NCBI GenBank assembly: GCA_038891615.1
Contig: JAWADY010000002.1
Location: 128,001 to 192,000, forward strand
Origin: Candidatus Woesearchaeota archaeon
Lineage (GTDB): Archaea; Nanobdellota; Nanobdellia; Woesearchaeales; ARS49
Length of the DNA: 64,000 nt
Direction: 5' to 3'
Of this stretch, positions 20,145-28,262 are shown piece after piece. The translations under genes and the position numbers were made by a program. Positions within the stretch are counted from its first letter, which is position 1; every line of letters starts with the position of its first letter. The notes below the pieces were generated by a model that saw nothing but the letters and a program-made list of their open reading frames with translations, ran no database searches and had not been told where the DNA came from.

Positions 20145-20492
20145 ATGGCAAAAGCAAATTTAGCAAAGGTTCTTCTAAGACTTAGCCTTGCCTTTTCCTT
20201 TGTTTATGCAGCAATCGCCTCATTCCTACAGCCAACTGCTTGGCTTGGCTTTTTTCCAAAAGTACTAACAGCCATAATTCCTGCAAAGCTGCTTCTAGAG
20301 CTTTTTTCTGTTTATGAGCTCCTGCTGGCTGGTTGGTTGCTATCCGGTAAGAAGGCTGCTTATGCAGCCCTTTTCTCAGCACTCACACTCGCAGGAATTG
20401 TTCTGTTTAACACCTCTCAGATGTACATTCTTTTCAGAGATGTTTCTCTTTTCTTTGCTGCACTTGCGCTTGTAGTAATGGAGATTGCGTAA
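20145..20492 (+). CDS. DoxX-like membrane protein
   Basis: LLRLSLA...YELLLA...RDV pattern with 3-4 TM helices. Confidence 0.75.
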   Translation: MAKANLAKVLLRLSLAFSFVYAAIASFLQPTAWLGFFPKVLTAIIPAKLLLELFSVYELLLAGWLLSGKKAAYAALFSALTLAGIVLFNTSQMYILFRDVSLFFAALALVVMEIA

Positions 20493-20524
20493 AAGTTATA
20501 AAAGGCTTAGATGCCAATCTTTGC

Positions 20525-21658
20525 ATGGAAGGAGCACTAATTCAAAAGCCAAAGGAAGTAATTACTGAACATCTACAAAGCCAGCTTCCTGAATGGAAGC
20601 GTGAACGCCTCGAGAACCAGCAGTATAGGCTTGTTGGAAGACATTCTGCAGTTAAGATTTGCTATTGGTGCAAGAAGTCAATACGTGGCCAAGCAGACTG
20701 TTACAAGAATGACTTTTATGGCATTCCAAGCCATCAATGTCTTGAGATGTCTCCAGCAATCACTTGCAACAAACGCTGCCGTCATTGCTGGCGAGACACA
20801 AGTGTTTATTCAACTGGATGGGTTGGCCCTGTTGATGAGCCAAAAGAAATTGTAGAAGGCTGTATAAAGGAAAGGATGAAGTTGCTCTCAGGCTTTAAGG
20901 GCAACCTCAAAGTTGACAGGACAAAAGCATTAGCCTCTTTTTTGCCAAGACATGCAGCAATTTCCCTAACAGGTGAACCAATGATGTACCCAAGGTTTTC
21001 CGAACTCGTCAAAGAGTTTTATAGCCACGACTTTGAGACTGTTTTTGTTGTTACATCCGGGACAGTTCCCTCAACAATTAATGCCCTTTTGTCTTCTGGA
21101 ATCCTGCCAACTAATCTTTATATCTCTGTTGAAGCATGGGAACCTGAGATGTACAAGAAGCTTTGCATTCCTGTCATTCCGAATGCATGGGAATTGTTTC
21201 TTGAATCAGCATCCTTGCTAAAATATGTGCCAGCAAGGACTATCATGAGAATAACCTGTATGAAAGGATTAAACATGCATTCGCCTGAGAGTTTTGCATG
21301 GCTCGTCAAGGCAGGCAATCCTGATATTGTTGAATGCAAGGCATATGCGTGGATGGGCTATTCGAGGCAGAGAATGTCTCCTGAGAACGTGCCCAATCAC
21401 GCTGAAGTTTTGGCTTTTGCAAAGGCGCTTGGCTTAGCAACTGGTTATGAGTTACTAATGTCAAAGGCTGGAAGCGATGTTGCCCTATTGAGGCGTCCAT
21501 CTTATAGGAACGTTAATGGAGAAGAATTTATTTATGATGGGCTCGAAGCTGAAAGGCGGTTTCAAATTGCACGCTTAGCCAAAATTAGAAAAGTTGTTGA
21601 AAGATGCAACTGCATGCCACAAATTCTTAATGAATTATTTCAGAATAAAATATATTAG
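20525..21658 (+). CDS. taw1: 4-demethylwyosine synthase Taw1/TYW1 (radical SAM)
   Basis: HSAVKICYW, CYK..FYGI.SHQC, CNKRCRHCWR, AISLTGEP and E.KAY...G.SR motifs. Confidence 0.93.
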   Translation: MEGALIQKPKEVITEHLQSQLPEWKRERLENQQYRLVGRHSAVKICYWCKKSIRGQADCYKNDFYGIPSHQCLEMSPAITCNKRCRHCWRDTSVYSTGWVGPVDEPKEIVEGCIKERMKLLSGFKGNLKVDRTKALASFLPRHAAISLTGEPMMYPRFSELVKEFYSHDFETVFVVTSGTVPSTINALLSSGILPTNLYISVEAWEPEMYKKLCIPVIPNAWELFLESASLLKYVPARTIMRITCMKGLNMHSPESFAWLVKAGNPDIVECKAYAWMGYSRQRMSPENVPNHAEVLAFAKALGLATGYELLMSKAGSDVALLRRPSYRNVNGEEFIYDGLEAERRFQIARLAKIRKVVERCNCMPQILNELFQNKIY

Positions 21659-21733
21659 CCAGCCTATAAGGATGAGTAGGATTGCTCCAATAGCCACTGC
21701 TGTTCCAATCACCCTCTTCACTGCACGTTCCAT
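21635..21733 (-). CDS. Single-pass small membrane protein (32 aa), not in the ORF track
   Basis: MERAVKRVIGTAVAIGAILLILIGWLIYFILK*, 15 nt downstream of the cdc6 stop. Confidence 0.5.
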   Translation of the reverse strand: MERAVKRVIGTAVAIGAILLILIGWLIYFILK

Positions 21734-21748
21734 TTTACCTTCATTGGC

Positions 21749-22822
21749 TCATGAAAATTCATCAAGCTTTTTCGTTCTTGCATAGCTAACAATTGTTGTA
21801 TTGCCCTCGCTTCCGCCACATGTTTTTGCAGTCTCCACAAAACCTCCTTGTGCAAGCTTTTCAATCCTTCTTTGAAATGTTTTATAGCTTGAGCCTCCAC
21901 CTGCTCTTTTGTAGAGCTCAAATAGCTCACCAATCCTTTTGCCAGAATTTTGCTTTATCAGCTCAAGTATAGCTCTTGTGTCAGGCTCAAGTTCTTCAGA
22001 GTTTTTTATTGTGAATTCTGCAAGCTTTGCTATGGCTGAAAGTGCATGAGCAATCTCAACCTTTCGCGAGCTCTGCTCTTCTGCTGCAAGCCCTGCCTCG
22101 CGAAGGAGATAAATCCCTACCCTAACATCTCCGCGCTCTGCTGCCTTCTCAGCTATGGCTTTTAACGCTTCTTGTCCAAAACATCCAGGAACAAAAGCAT
22201 ATTCGACCCTTTGTTTCAGTATTTCATATGTCTCTTCCTTGTTGTATGGCGCGAACTCTATCAATTCAGCAGTTAGCCTCGACCTTATCCTTTCATCTAA
22301 ACCTTCAAATGAGCTCTTGTAGTTTGTTATCAGAAGGACGGACTTCTTCCAAATGTCATTAAGAATAGAATAAATAATCCAGGGCTCTTCAAGCTTGTCA
22401 ACCTCGTCTAGAACAAAAACAGCTTGCTTCTTGTTAAGTATCTGTTTCACGACTTCGAAAAGCTCTTCTGTGCGCTTGTTTTGTACAAAAGAATAGCCAA
22501 TTTGCTCGCAAATCTCGAGTATTACCCTATGACTTGTGTTCCTTTGCCAGCAGTTTATATAGATTGGAATGACTTCGTCAGTGCTTTCTTCAAGGTCTCT
22601 AAGAACCCATTTGCAGGCAGCTGTTTTGCCAACACCCGGCTTGCCAAAGATGAGAGCATTTCTTCCATTTCGCTTCTCAAGCAGTGGTGCTATACAACTC
22701 GCGATTGCCCTTTGCTGGTTTTCTCTGAATGGAAGGAGCTTTGGCACAAACTCAAAGTCAAGTGCATCTTCGTTCTTGAATAAGCTTTCCCCGGCTCCTA
22801 GAATTTTATTGAACAAAGGCAT
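21749..22822 (-). CDS. cdc6: Orc1/Cdc6 replication initiator
   Basis: P..LPFRE.Q, GKPGVGKT, YINC, VLDEVD, FAPY, GDVR and a wHTH C-terminus; start MPLF sits 23 nt from TTTATAAA at 22845-22852. Confidence 0.93.
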   Translation of the reverse strand: MPLFNKILGAGESLFKNEDALDFEFVPKLLPFRENQQRAIASCIAPLLEKRNGRNALIFGKPGVGKTAACKWVLRDLEESTDEVIPIYINCWQRNTSHRVILEICEQIGYSFVQNKRTEELFEVVKQILNKKQAVFVLDEVDKLEEPWIIYSILNDIWKKSVLLITNYKSSFEGLDERIRSRLTAELIEFAPYNKEETYEILKQRVEYAFVPGCFGQEALKAIAEKAAERGDVRVGIYLLREAGLAAEEQSSRKVEIAHALSAIAKLAEFTIKNSEELEPDTRAILELIKQNSGKRIGELFELYKRAGGGSSYKTFQRRIEKLAQGGFVETAKTCGGSEGNTTIVSYARTKKLDEFS

Positions 22823-22882
22823 AGAAAAGGCGTGGCTAAAGAGATTTATAAAGCTATCCGCGCTTTTTAAGCACAGCACTGT

Positions 22883-23188
22883 TCATCTAATCTTTAAGCC
22901 GCATCTGCTGCAGAAATATGCATCGCTTGTAACATGATTTCCACATCTTGGGCAAAACCTTATCAAGCTGTAGGGATGAGCCGGCACCACGCCTGCCCTA
23001 ACATTCATCTGCTCTTCTTTTGCCTTTGGTTCACGGATGACATAGCTCACAAGAAGCTTTGCTAGACCTATTGTCCCAAAAATGAGTCCTATCCAAAAGA
23101 AAGCCTCAACGCGTCCGCCAACAGTCTTTGAGACAATGATGATTGCAAGTCCTGACAAGAGCCAAAGCCAGGTTGGGATTTGCGCCAT
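22883..23188 (-). CDS. Two-TM protein with C-terminal double zinc ribbon
   Basis: Two hydrophobic helices and FCPRCG...FCSRCG. Confidence 0.8.
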   Translation of the reverse strand: MAQIPTWLWLLSGLAIIIVSKTVGGRVEAFFWIGLIFGTIGLAKLLVSYVIREPKAKEEQMNVRAGVVPAHPYSLIRFCPRCGNHVTSDAYFCSRCGLKIR

Positions 23189-23324
23189 TTTTAGCCTGCA
23201 GTGAACAAACCGCAGGCACTCCTTTTAAAATTTCTGCTTCGCAGCCTTAATGGGCTTATGGCTATTTGGCTTTTTTGAAAACATCGCAAAACTTTTATAT
23301 ACAGCACCTGTTTCAATCATCAAA

Positions 23325-23741
23325 ATGAAATCAGGCAATCGCCTATTATTTATTTTAGCATTTCTTGGAATCATATTACTGAGTGGTTGCGCTAAATACT
23401 CTGGCCAACCAGCACAACCAAGCACGCCATCACAGATAGTAGAAAAAACTAATGTCATAGAAATCACTGAATCTGGATTTAGCCCCCGCACACTGTCAAT
23501 TAGAGCTGGCGAAACAGTTGTTTTTGTAAACAAAGACATAAACCCTCACTGGCCTGCCTCAGCAGTGCATCCAACGCACACAGTCTACCCAGAAAGCGGA
23601 GGCTGCATAGGAAGTAAGTTTGATGCATGCAGGGGATTAGCTCAGGGCGAAACTTTCTCATTTAAATTTGACAAAATTGGTCGCTGGAAATACCACGACC
23701 ATCTAAACCCAAGCTTGACAGGCGAAATAGTTGTTGAATGA
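23325..23741 (+). CDS. Cupredoxin-fold lipoprotein
   Basis: Lipobox LSGC; GFSPRTLSI.AGETV.FVN; HPTH; WKYHDHLNP. Confidence 0.82.
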   Translation: MKSGNRLLFILAFLGIILLSGCAKYSGQPAQPSTPSQIVEKTNVIEITESGFSPRTLSIRAGETVVFVNKDINPHWPASAVHPTHTVYPESGGCIGSKFDACRGLAQGETFSFKFDKIGRWKYHDHLNPSLTGEIVVE

Positions 23742-23750
23742 GTTTTGTAG

Positions 23751-25025
23751 CTATGGAATCTTCTTAAAGCCAGTAAACTTTTGTAGAACTTTTGGCACGC
23801 TCACGCTTCCATCCTTTTCCTGAAAGTTCTCAAGAATGGCAACAATTGCCCTACCTGTAGCAATTGCAGTTGCATTAAGCGTATGTACATAATCCCTTTT
23901 TTGTTCCTTACCGTGCTGATATCTTATGTTAAGCCCGACTGCTTGATAGTCTGTGCAGTTCGATGCGGATGTAACTTCAGCATATTTTCCTTGCCTTGGG
24001 AACCATGCCTCAATATCATAGCGCTTTGCAGCAACCATTCCAAGATCTCCTGTACAACAGTTTACAACCCTAAAAGGAATCTCTAGTGACTCAAAGAGCT
24101 CTTCTGCATTTCTTTGCATTTCCTCGTGAAGGTGCCAGCTTTCTTCTGGCTTTGAGATAATAACCTGCTCGACCTTATTGAATTGATGAACCCTGAAAAG
24201 CCCTCTTGTGTCAACCCCATGACTTCCAATCTCTTTCCTGAAGCAGGCACTTAAGCCGCAGAGCCTAATAGGAAGCTCACGCTCATCAAGAACCTCGTCA
24301 AGAAATTGAGCAACAAGTGGATGTTCTGAAGTCGCGATTGCATAAAGGTCTTCGCCCTCAATTTTGTACATTACATTCTCAAAATCTGCAATGCTTACAA
24401 CCCCTTCGTAAGGCTTCCTTCTCATCATCATCGGTGGCATGACAAAGGTATAACCCTTTTTTAGCAACTTTTGGATTGCAAATTGTTGAAGTGCCAGGTC
24501 TAGTAGGGCTATCTTTCCTTTGATGAACTGGAAACCAGCACCTGAAATCTTTGCACCGCGCCTAAAATCACCAAGAGCCCATTGCTCCAGAAGTTCTCCA
24601 TGACTTTTGAGCTCAAAATCAGGCTTTTTTGGGATTCCCCATCTTCTCATCTCAACATTTTCTGAAGAATCCATTCCTACTGGTACTGATTCATGAGCAA
24701 TGTTTGGAAGTCTTTGAAGGTTCCAAATTATTTTTTCTTCAAGCCTTTTAAGCTCTTCTTCTGTTGCTTTTATGCGCGCAGGTAACTCTGCTGCTTCTTT
24801 TATCAGTTTGCTTATGTCCAACCCAGCCTTTTTTGCAGCATTAATCTCTTCAGAAATGCTGTTCCTTCTTTGCCTGAAGCTGTCACACTCTTGTTTCAGA
24901 ACCCTCCACTCTTTGTCAAGCCTTATAAGCTCATCAACAAGTCTAACCTTGTCATGCTCATGCCTCTTTTCAAGATTTGCCTTAACAATTTCAGGATACG
25001 CTCTTACGAATTTGATGTCAAGCAT
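23751..25025 (-). CDS. serS: Serine--tRNA ligase
   Basis: MLDIKFVR coiled-coil arm, ATSEHP, CFRKEIG, GLFRVHQFNKVEQ, SNCTDYQ and HTLNAT. Confidence 0.97.
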   Translation of the reverse strand: MLDIKFVRAYPEIVKANLEKRHEHDKVRLVDELIRLDKEWRVLKQECDSFRQRRNSISEEINAAKKAGLDISKLIKEAAELPARIKATEEELKRLEEKIIWNLQRLPNIAHESVPVGMDSSENVEMRRWGIPKKPDFELKSHGELLEQWALGDFRRGAKISGAGFQFIKGKIALLDLALQQFAIQKLLKKGYTFVMPPMMMRRKPYEGVVSIADFENVMYKIEGEDLYAIATSEHPLVAQFLDEVLDERELPIRLCGLSACFRKEIGSHGVDTRGLFRVHQFNKVEQVIISKPEESWHLHEEMQRNAEELFESLEIPFRVVNCCTGDLGMVAAKRYDIEAWFPRQGKYAEVTSASNCTDYQAVGLNIRYQHGKEQKRDYVHTLNATAIATGRAIVAILENFQEKDGSVSVPKVLQKFTGFKKIP

Positions 25026-25070
25026 TAATGAAAATTCAGCGCGCACATATTTAATACTTGCGTTAGAATT

Positions 25071-26918
25071 TCAAAAAGCAGGACTGCTCAAAAACAGCGA
25101 AATCCGCTCACCTGCCTCAAGCGCATCTATTAGAACCTTTCCAAGCTTATTGTTTCGTCTTATCTTTATCACACCTTTCTTGCCGACTGCAAGAGTTGCA
25201 AGATAGCCCTCGTTTATATAGATACTGACATCATTCCCTTGAAGAGCTGGGCTAACAAATAGGCTTAAATAATTACCGCGAATATCTGTGCTAAACTCTA
25301 TCTGCTTTCCAGCTGGCTTTTCTTTTATTTCCTCCTCAAGAGGTCTCACATCAATTCCAATTCCAAGCTCTTTTTCAATAGCCTCAATGTTTCTTCCTTC
25401 TTTTCCAATTATGTTTGCTATGTATTTCTCAGGAACATAAACCGTTGCCTTACCCTCACTGACTATATCGACCTTTATTTTTTCAGAATATTTTTGTAAC
25501 GCGCGCGCAATTGCCTTTGCTGCAAGAGCCTTTATCCCTTTCACACTTTCTTCCTTCCCAACTGGGACAACAACAGTCTGCTCGCCATAGCTATAGATTT
25601 CTGCAACAGGCTTTCCGCTCTCAAAGTCAGAAACAACAACAGTTGGTCTTGCAAGGTCTGCTTCTGTCATTCCATATGGAACCTTGACAACCATCTCTAT
25701 TGAAAGGACCTTGTCGATGCCACCGTTCTTTATGAATACGACTGTATCAATAACATGTGGTATGACACCAAGTTCTATCCTTCCAATGAAGCGTTGTATT
25801 GCATCGATTGGCTTAGTTGCATGTACCACTCCAACCATTCCAACTCCGGCAAGTCTGAGGTCTGCAAAAAGACCAAAATCAGGCGTGTTTCTCATCTCGT
25901 CAAAAATGGTGTAGTCGGGCCTTGAAAGGAGAAGGATATCATGAATTTCTTCATGGCTTCCACGTGAAACAGCAAGCTGAGTTATGCTATCTGAGAGCAC
26001 GAGATCACGCGGGGCTTCAACTGTCTTAACAACTTTTCCTTTTGCCGCAAAATGCTCTGCAAGTGCTTGTGCAAATGTGCTCTTGCCATGCCCTGGCGAG
26101 CCTGCAATAACAAGCCCTTCTGCTTGTTCGGCAATCCTTGCTTTTAGCTTCTCACTAAGCTTGTAATCCTCAAGTGTAAGCCTTTTGACTGGTCTTACAG
26201 CTGTTATCTCCCACCCATCTGAAAATGGTGGCCTGGTTGTTACAGTCCTATAAATCCCCAGCTGGACTATTGTGCTTCCTTCTCGCTCAATCTCAACAAA
26301 GCTGTCTGCCCGAGAATTTGCCTCTTCAATAATCTCACTTGAGATACTTTTTATCTCTTCAGCAGTCAGTGGCTTCTTTCCAACTGGGACAAATTCCCAC
26401 GCACCTGGCATTCCTTTTTTTGCCATTGCTACAACACCTTCGCGCAAGTGCACAGACATGGTTTTTTCGTCAAAGAACTCTTCAATCTTGAGCTTTTTCA
26501 GCCTTGGCTGCTTTGGTACAAGGATTGTTGGAATGCCTTTTGCCTCAGCAACCCTTGCCTGAATGTGATCTGCAGTGATAAGTGTTGCACCTTCTTCCCA
26601 GGCAAGCTGTCGGATGAGCGCATCTATTTCACCCAGTCCTGCATATCGAATTTCACCAGCAGTTGGGCGTCTTCCTACAAAGGAAAGCTCAAACAGGCCC
26701 TGTTTTGCAAGTTTCTGTATCTTTTTTAGTTCATCAAGCCCTATAAAGCCTATTGCTCTACCTTTATTTGCTTGATGCTCTAGCTCTGCCAAAACAGCCT
26801 CGTGGATGAGTATCTTTTCTACAGCAAGCTCGCCTCTTTCTGCCTTAAGGCTTAAAAGTCCTTCGATTATCACAGAGCTATCAGGCACAAGCTTCTCTAT
26901 TTTTGCATTTAAGGTCAT
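25071..26918 (-). CDS. PIN-domain ATPase with KH domain (PINA/MJ1533 family)
   Basis: N-terminal PIN (VPDSS..., ELEHQAN), GSPGHGKST, RPDYTIFDEMR and KH motif IIGKEG. Confidence 0.92.
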   Translation of the reverse strand: MTLNAKIEKLVPDSSVIIEGLLSLKAERGELAVEKILIHEAVLAELEHQANKGRAIGFIGLDELKKIQKLAKQGLFELSFVGRRPTAGEIRYAGLGEIDALIRQLAWEEGATLITADHIQARVAEAKGIPTILVPKQPRLKKLKIEEFFDEKTMSVHLREGVVAMAKKGMPGAWEFVPVGKKPLTAEEIKSISSEIIEEANSRADSFVEIEREGSTIVQLGIYRTVTTRPPFSDGWEITAVRPVKRLTLEDYKLSEKLKARIAEQAEGLVIAGSPGHGKSTFAQALAEHFAAKGKVVKTVEAPRDLVLSDSITQLAVSRGSHEEIHDILLLSRPDYTIFDEMRNTPDFGLFADLRLAGVGMVGVVHATKPIDAIQRFIGRIELGVIPHVIDTVVFIKNGGIDKVLSIEMVVKVPYGMTEADLARPTVVVSDFESGKPVAEIYSYGEQTVVVPVGKEESVKGIKALAAKAIARALQKYSEKIKVDIVSEGKATVYVPEKYIANIIGKEGRNIEAIEKELGIGIDVRPLEEEIKEKPAGKQIEFSTDIRGNYLSLFVSPALQGNDVSIYINEGYLATLAVGKKGVIKIRRNNKLGKVLIDALEAGERISLFLSSPAF

Positions 26919-26990
26919 GTTTTTTTATTCAAGAAAGAGCTTTATAAACTTTTGTAAAGGCAGACCTTCTTGCAAGCCAGATTAAGAAGA

Positions 26991-27093
26991 CGCCGCCGCC
27001 CGGATTTGAACCGGGGAACCCTTTCGGGAACAGGGTTAGCAACCCTGCGCAGTCTCCTGTTCTTTTGAGAATACCAGGCTGTGCCACGGCGGC
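26991..27093 (-). tRNA. tRNA-Ser(GCT) with 19-nt D-loop intron (27054-27072)
   Basis: GCCGCCG/CGGCGGC acceptor, CAGGG-ttGCTaa-CCCTG, long variable arm, GTTCAAAT; strict BHB in the D loop; 84 nt after splicing. Confidence 0.93.
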
Positions 27094-27162
27094 ATGATGT
27101 TAGGCTTGAAAAAGGTTATTTAAATATTTCTTACTTTTGGCTTTATGCAATTCTGAGAATGA

Positions 27163-27690
27163 CTAACTCCTTTGTTTCTTGTGAGCCTTCAGTAGTCCAA
27201 GGTGTGCTGCGTGCAAGCGCAGTGCAATCAGCCTAATCCCTCGCTGAGCAAGCCTTAGGAGTCTAATAAAGGGTCTTGCTTCGCGAAGTGACAGCTCTGC
27301 TTCTTTTATAAACTGTGCTTCGCGAAGAAGCTTTGTCTCACGCAAAAGGATGCTTTCATGAAGGATTTTTTGAGCCTCTTCACCAGCCTTAATGAACTCG
27401 TTGACAAAAAGGTATGCTCTAAAGATTAGAAAAAAAGGGAAAACAGCAAGTATGTCAATCCAATACAACTTAACAAACGTGCGAAATTTACGAACATGAC
27501 GCCACTTTAACAAAAGGTCAGCAACAAAAAATCCTATAATTACCCAATCAGCGATCCCAACCCAAGGCTGGTAGTGTTCGATGTCTGTAACAAAACCCGC
27601 AATTATTAGCACTGCAAGAATTATAATCATCAAAGGAATCATCCTGTCAACAAAGCGTTCAAGCCGCTCAATCTTTCCCCTTTTTCGCAT
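27163..27690 (-). CDS. Voltage-sensor-like (Ion_trans S1-S4) membrane protein without pore domain
   Basis: S2-like FFVADLLLK, S3-like WIDILAVFP, Arg-periodic RPFIRLLRLAQRGIRL; start MRKRGK (the longer ORF overlaps a tRNA). Confidence 0.7.
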   Translation of the reverse strand: MRKRGKIERLERFVDRMIPLMIIILAVLIIAGFVTDIEHYQPWVGIADWVIIGFFVADLLLKWRHVRKFRTFVKLYWIDILAVFPFFLIFRAYLFVNEFIKAGEEAQKILHESILLRETKLLREAQFIKEAELSLREARPFIRLLRLAQRGIRLIALRLHAAHLGLLKAHKKQRS

Positions 27691-27711
27691 ATAATTAGCC
27701 TGCAGCAAAGC

Positions 27712-27719
27712 TTTATAAA
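27712..27719. promoter_or_regulatory. Palindromic TATA box between divergent ORF 27690(-) and tRNA-iMet(+)
   Basis: TTTATAAA lies 22 nt and 24 nt from the two gene starts. Confidence 0.6.
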
Positions 27720-27742
27720 TGCTTTGCACCTCAATCATTAAT

Positions 27743-27817
27743 AGCGGGATGGAGCAGTCTGGAGTGCTCGATGGGCTCATAACCCATAGGTCGCTGGTTC
27801 AAATCCAGCTCCCGCTA
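27743..27817 (+). tRNA. Initiator tRNA-Met(CAT)
   Basis: A1-T72 pair (AGCGGGA/TCCCGCT); ATGGG-ctCATaa-CCCAT with three consecutive G-C pairs. Confidence 0.96.
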
Positions 27818-27846
27818 TTTTTGTTCAAAATTCTAAGAAAAAGCTG

Positions 27847-28209
27847 CTAACCATAAGGCTTTGGTCTTGTGACATCTGTTCTAAAAATATGAACAATCTG
27901 CTGCCTTACATCTTTGAAAGCCTTGTGTATTGCCCTTGAGAACTCCCAGTCATCGGCATTGCAGCTTTCTATGACCTTTGTTGGCGCACCAACCCTTACA
28001 TGAAGGCTGTATTTCTTTCTCCTGCCTTCTTTCTCATAGCATTTGACATGCACAGTAACTCCAATAAGGTTTGGAAGGTCCCGCTTTATCTTTTCATAGT
28101 ATTCTGTTGAGAGCCTGTGAAGCACTTCCTGTTCTTCTGGTTCAAGCTCTCTTATTCCGACAAACTGCAGAACTTCCTTGACTCCAAACTTTGGAACCTC
28201 TTTTGGCAT
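27847..28209 (-). CDS. Hypothetical protein, possible HPF/RaiA-like fold
   Basis: Helix, then VHVK...KYSLHVRV, then DDWEFSRAIHKAFKDVRQQI, resembling the S30AE/HPF pattern. Confidence 0.55.
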   Translation of the reverse strand: MPKEVPKFGVKEVLQFVGIRELEPEEQEVLHRLSTEYYEKIKRDLPNLIGVTVHVKCYEKEGRRKKYSLHVRVGAPTKVIESCNADDWEFSRAIHKAFKDVRQQIVHIFRTDVTRPKPYG

Positions 28210-28232
28210 TTTAGAAAGATTTTGACGGCAAA

Positions 28233-28240
28233 TTTATAAA
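28233..28240. promoter_or_regulatory. Palindromic TATA box between divergent 28209(-) and rnhB(+)
   Basis: TTTATAAA lies 24 nt from ATG 28209 and 23 nt from ATG 28263. Confidence 0.6.
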
Positions 28241-28262
28241 GTTTGCTGAAGAGAACACTTTG

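Noticed and set aside
22823-23324. Replication origin next to cdc6
   Set aside because: The flanks are coding or short promoters; I see no ORB-like repeats or AT-rich unwinding tract.
27691-27780. N-terminal extension of ORF 27163..27780
   Set aside because: It overlaps the initiator tRNA and the TATA box; the start was moved to 27690.
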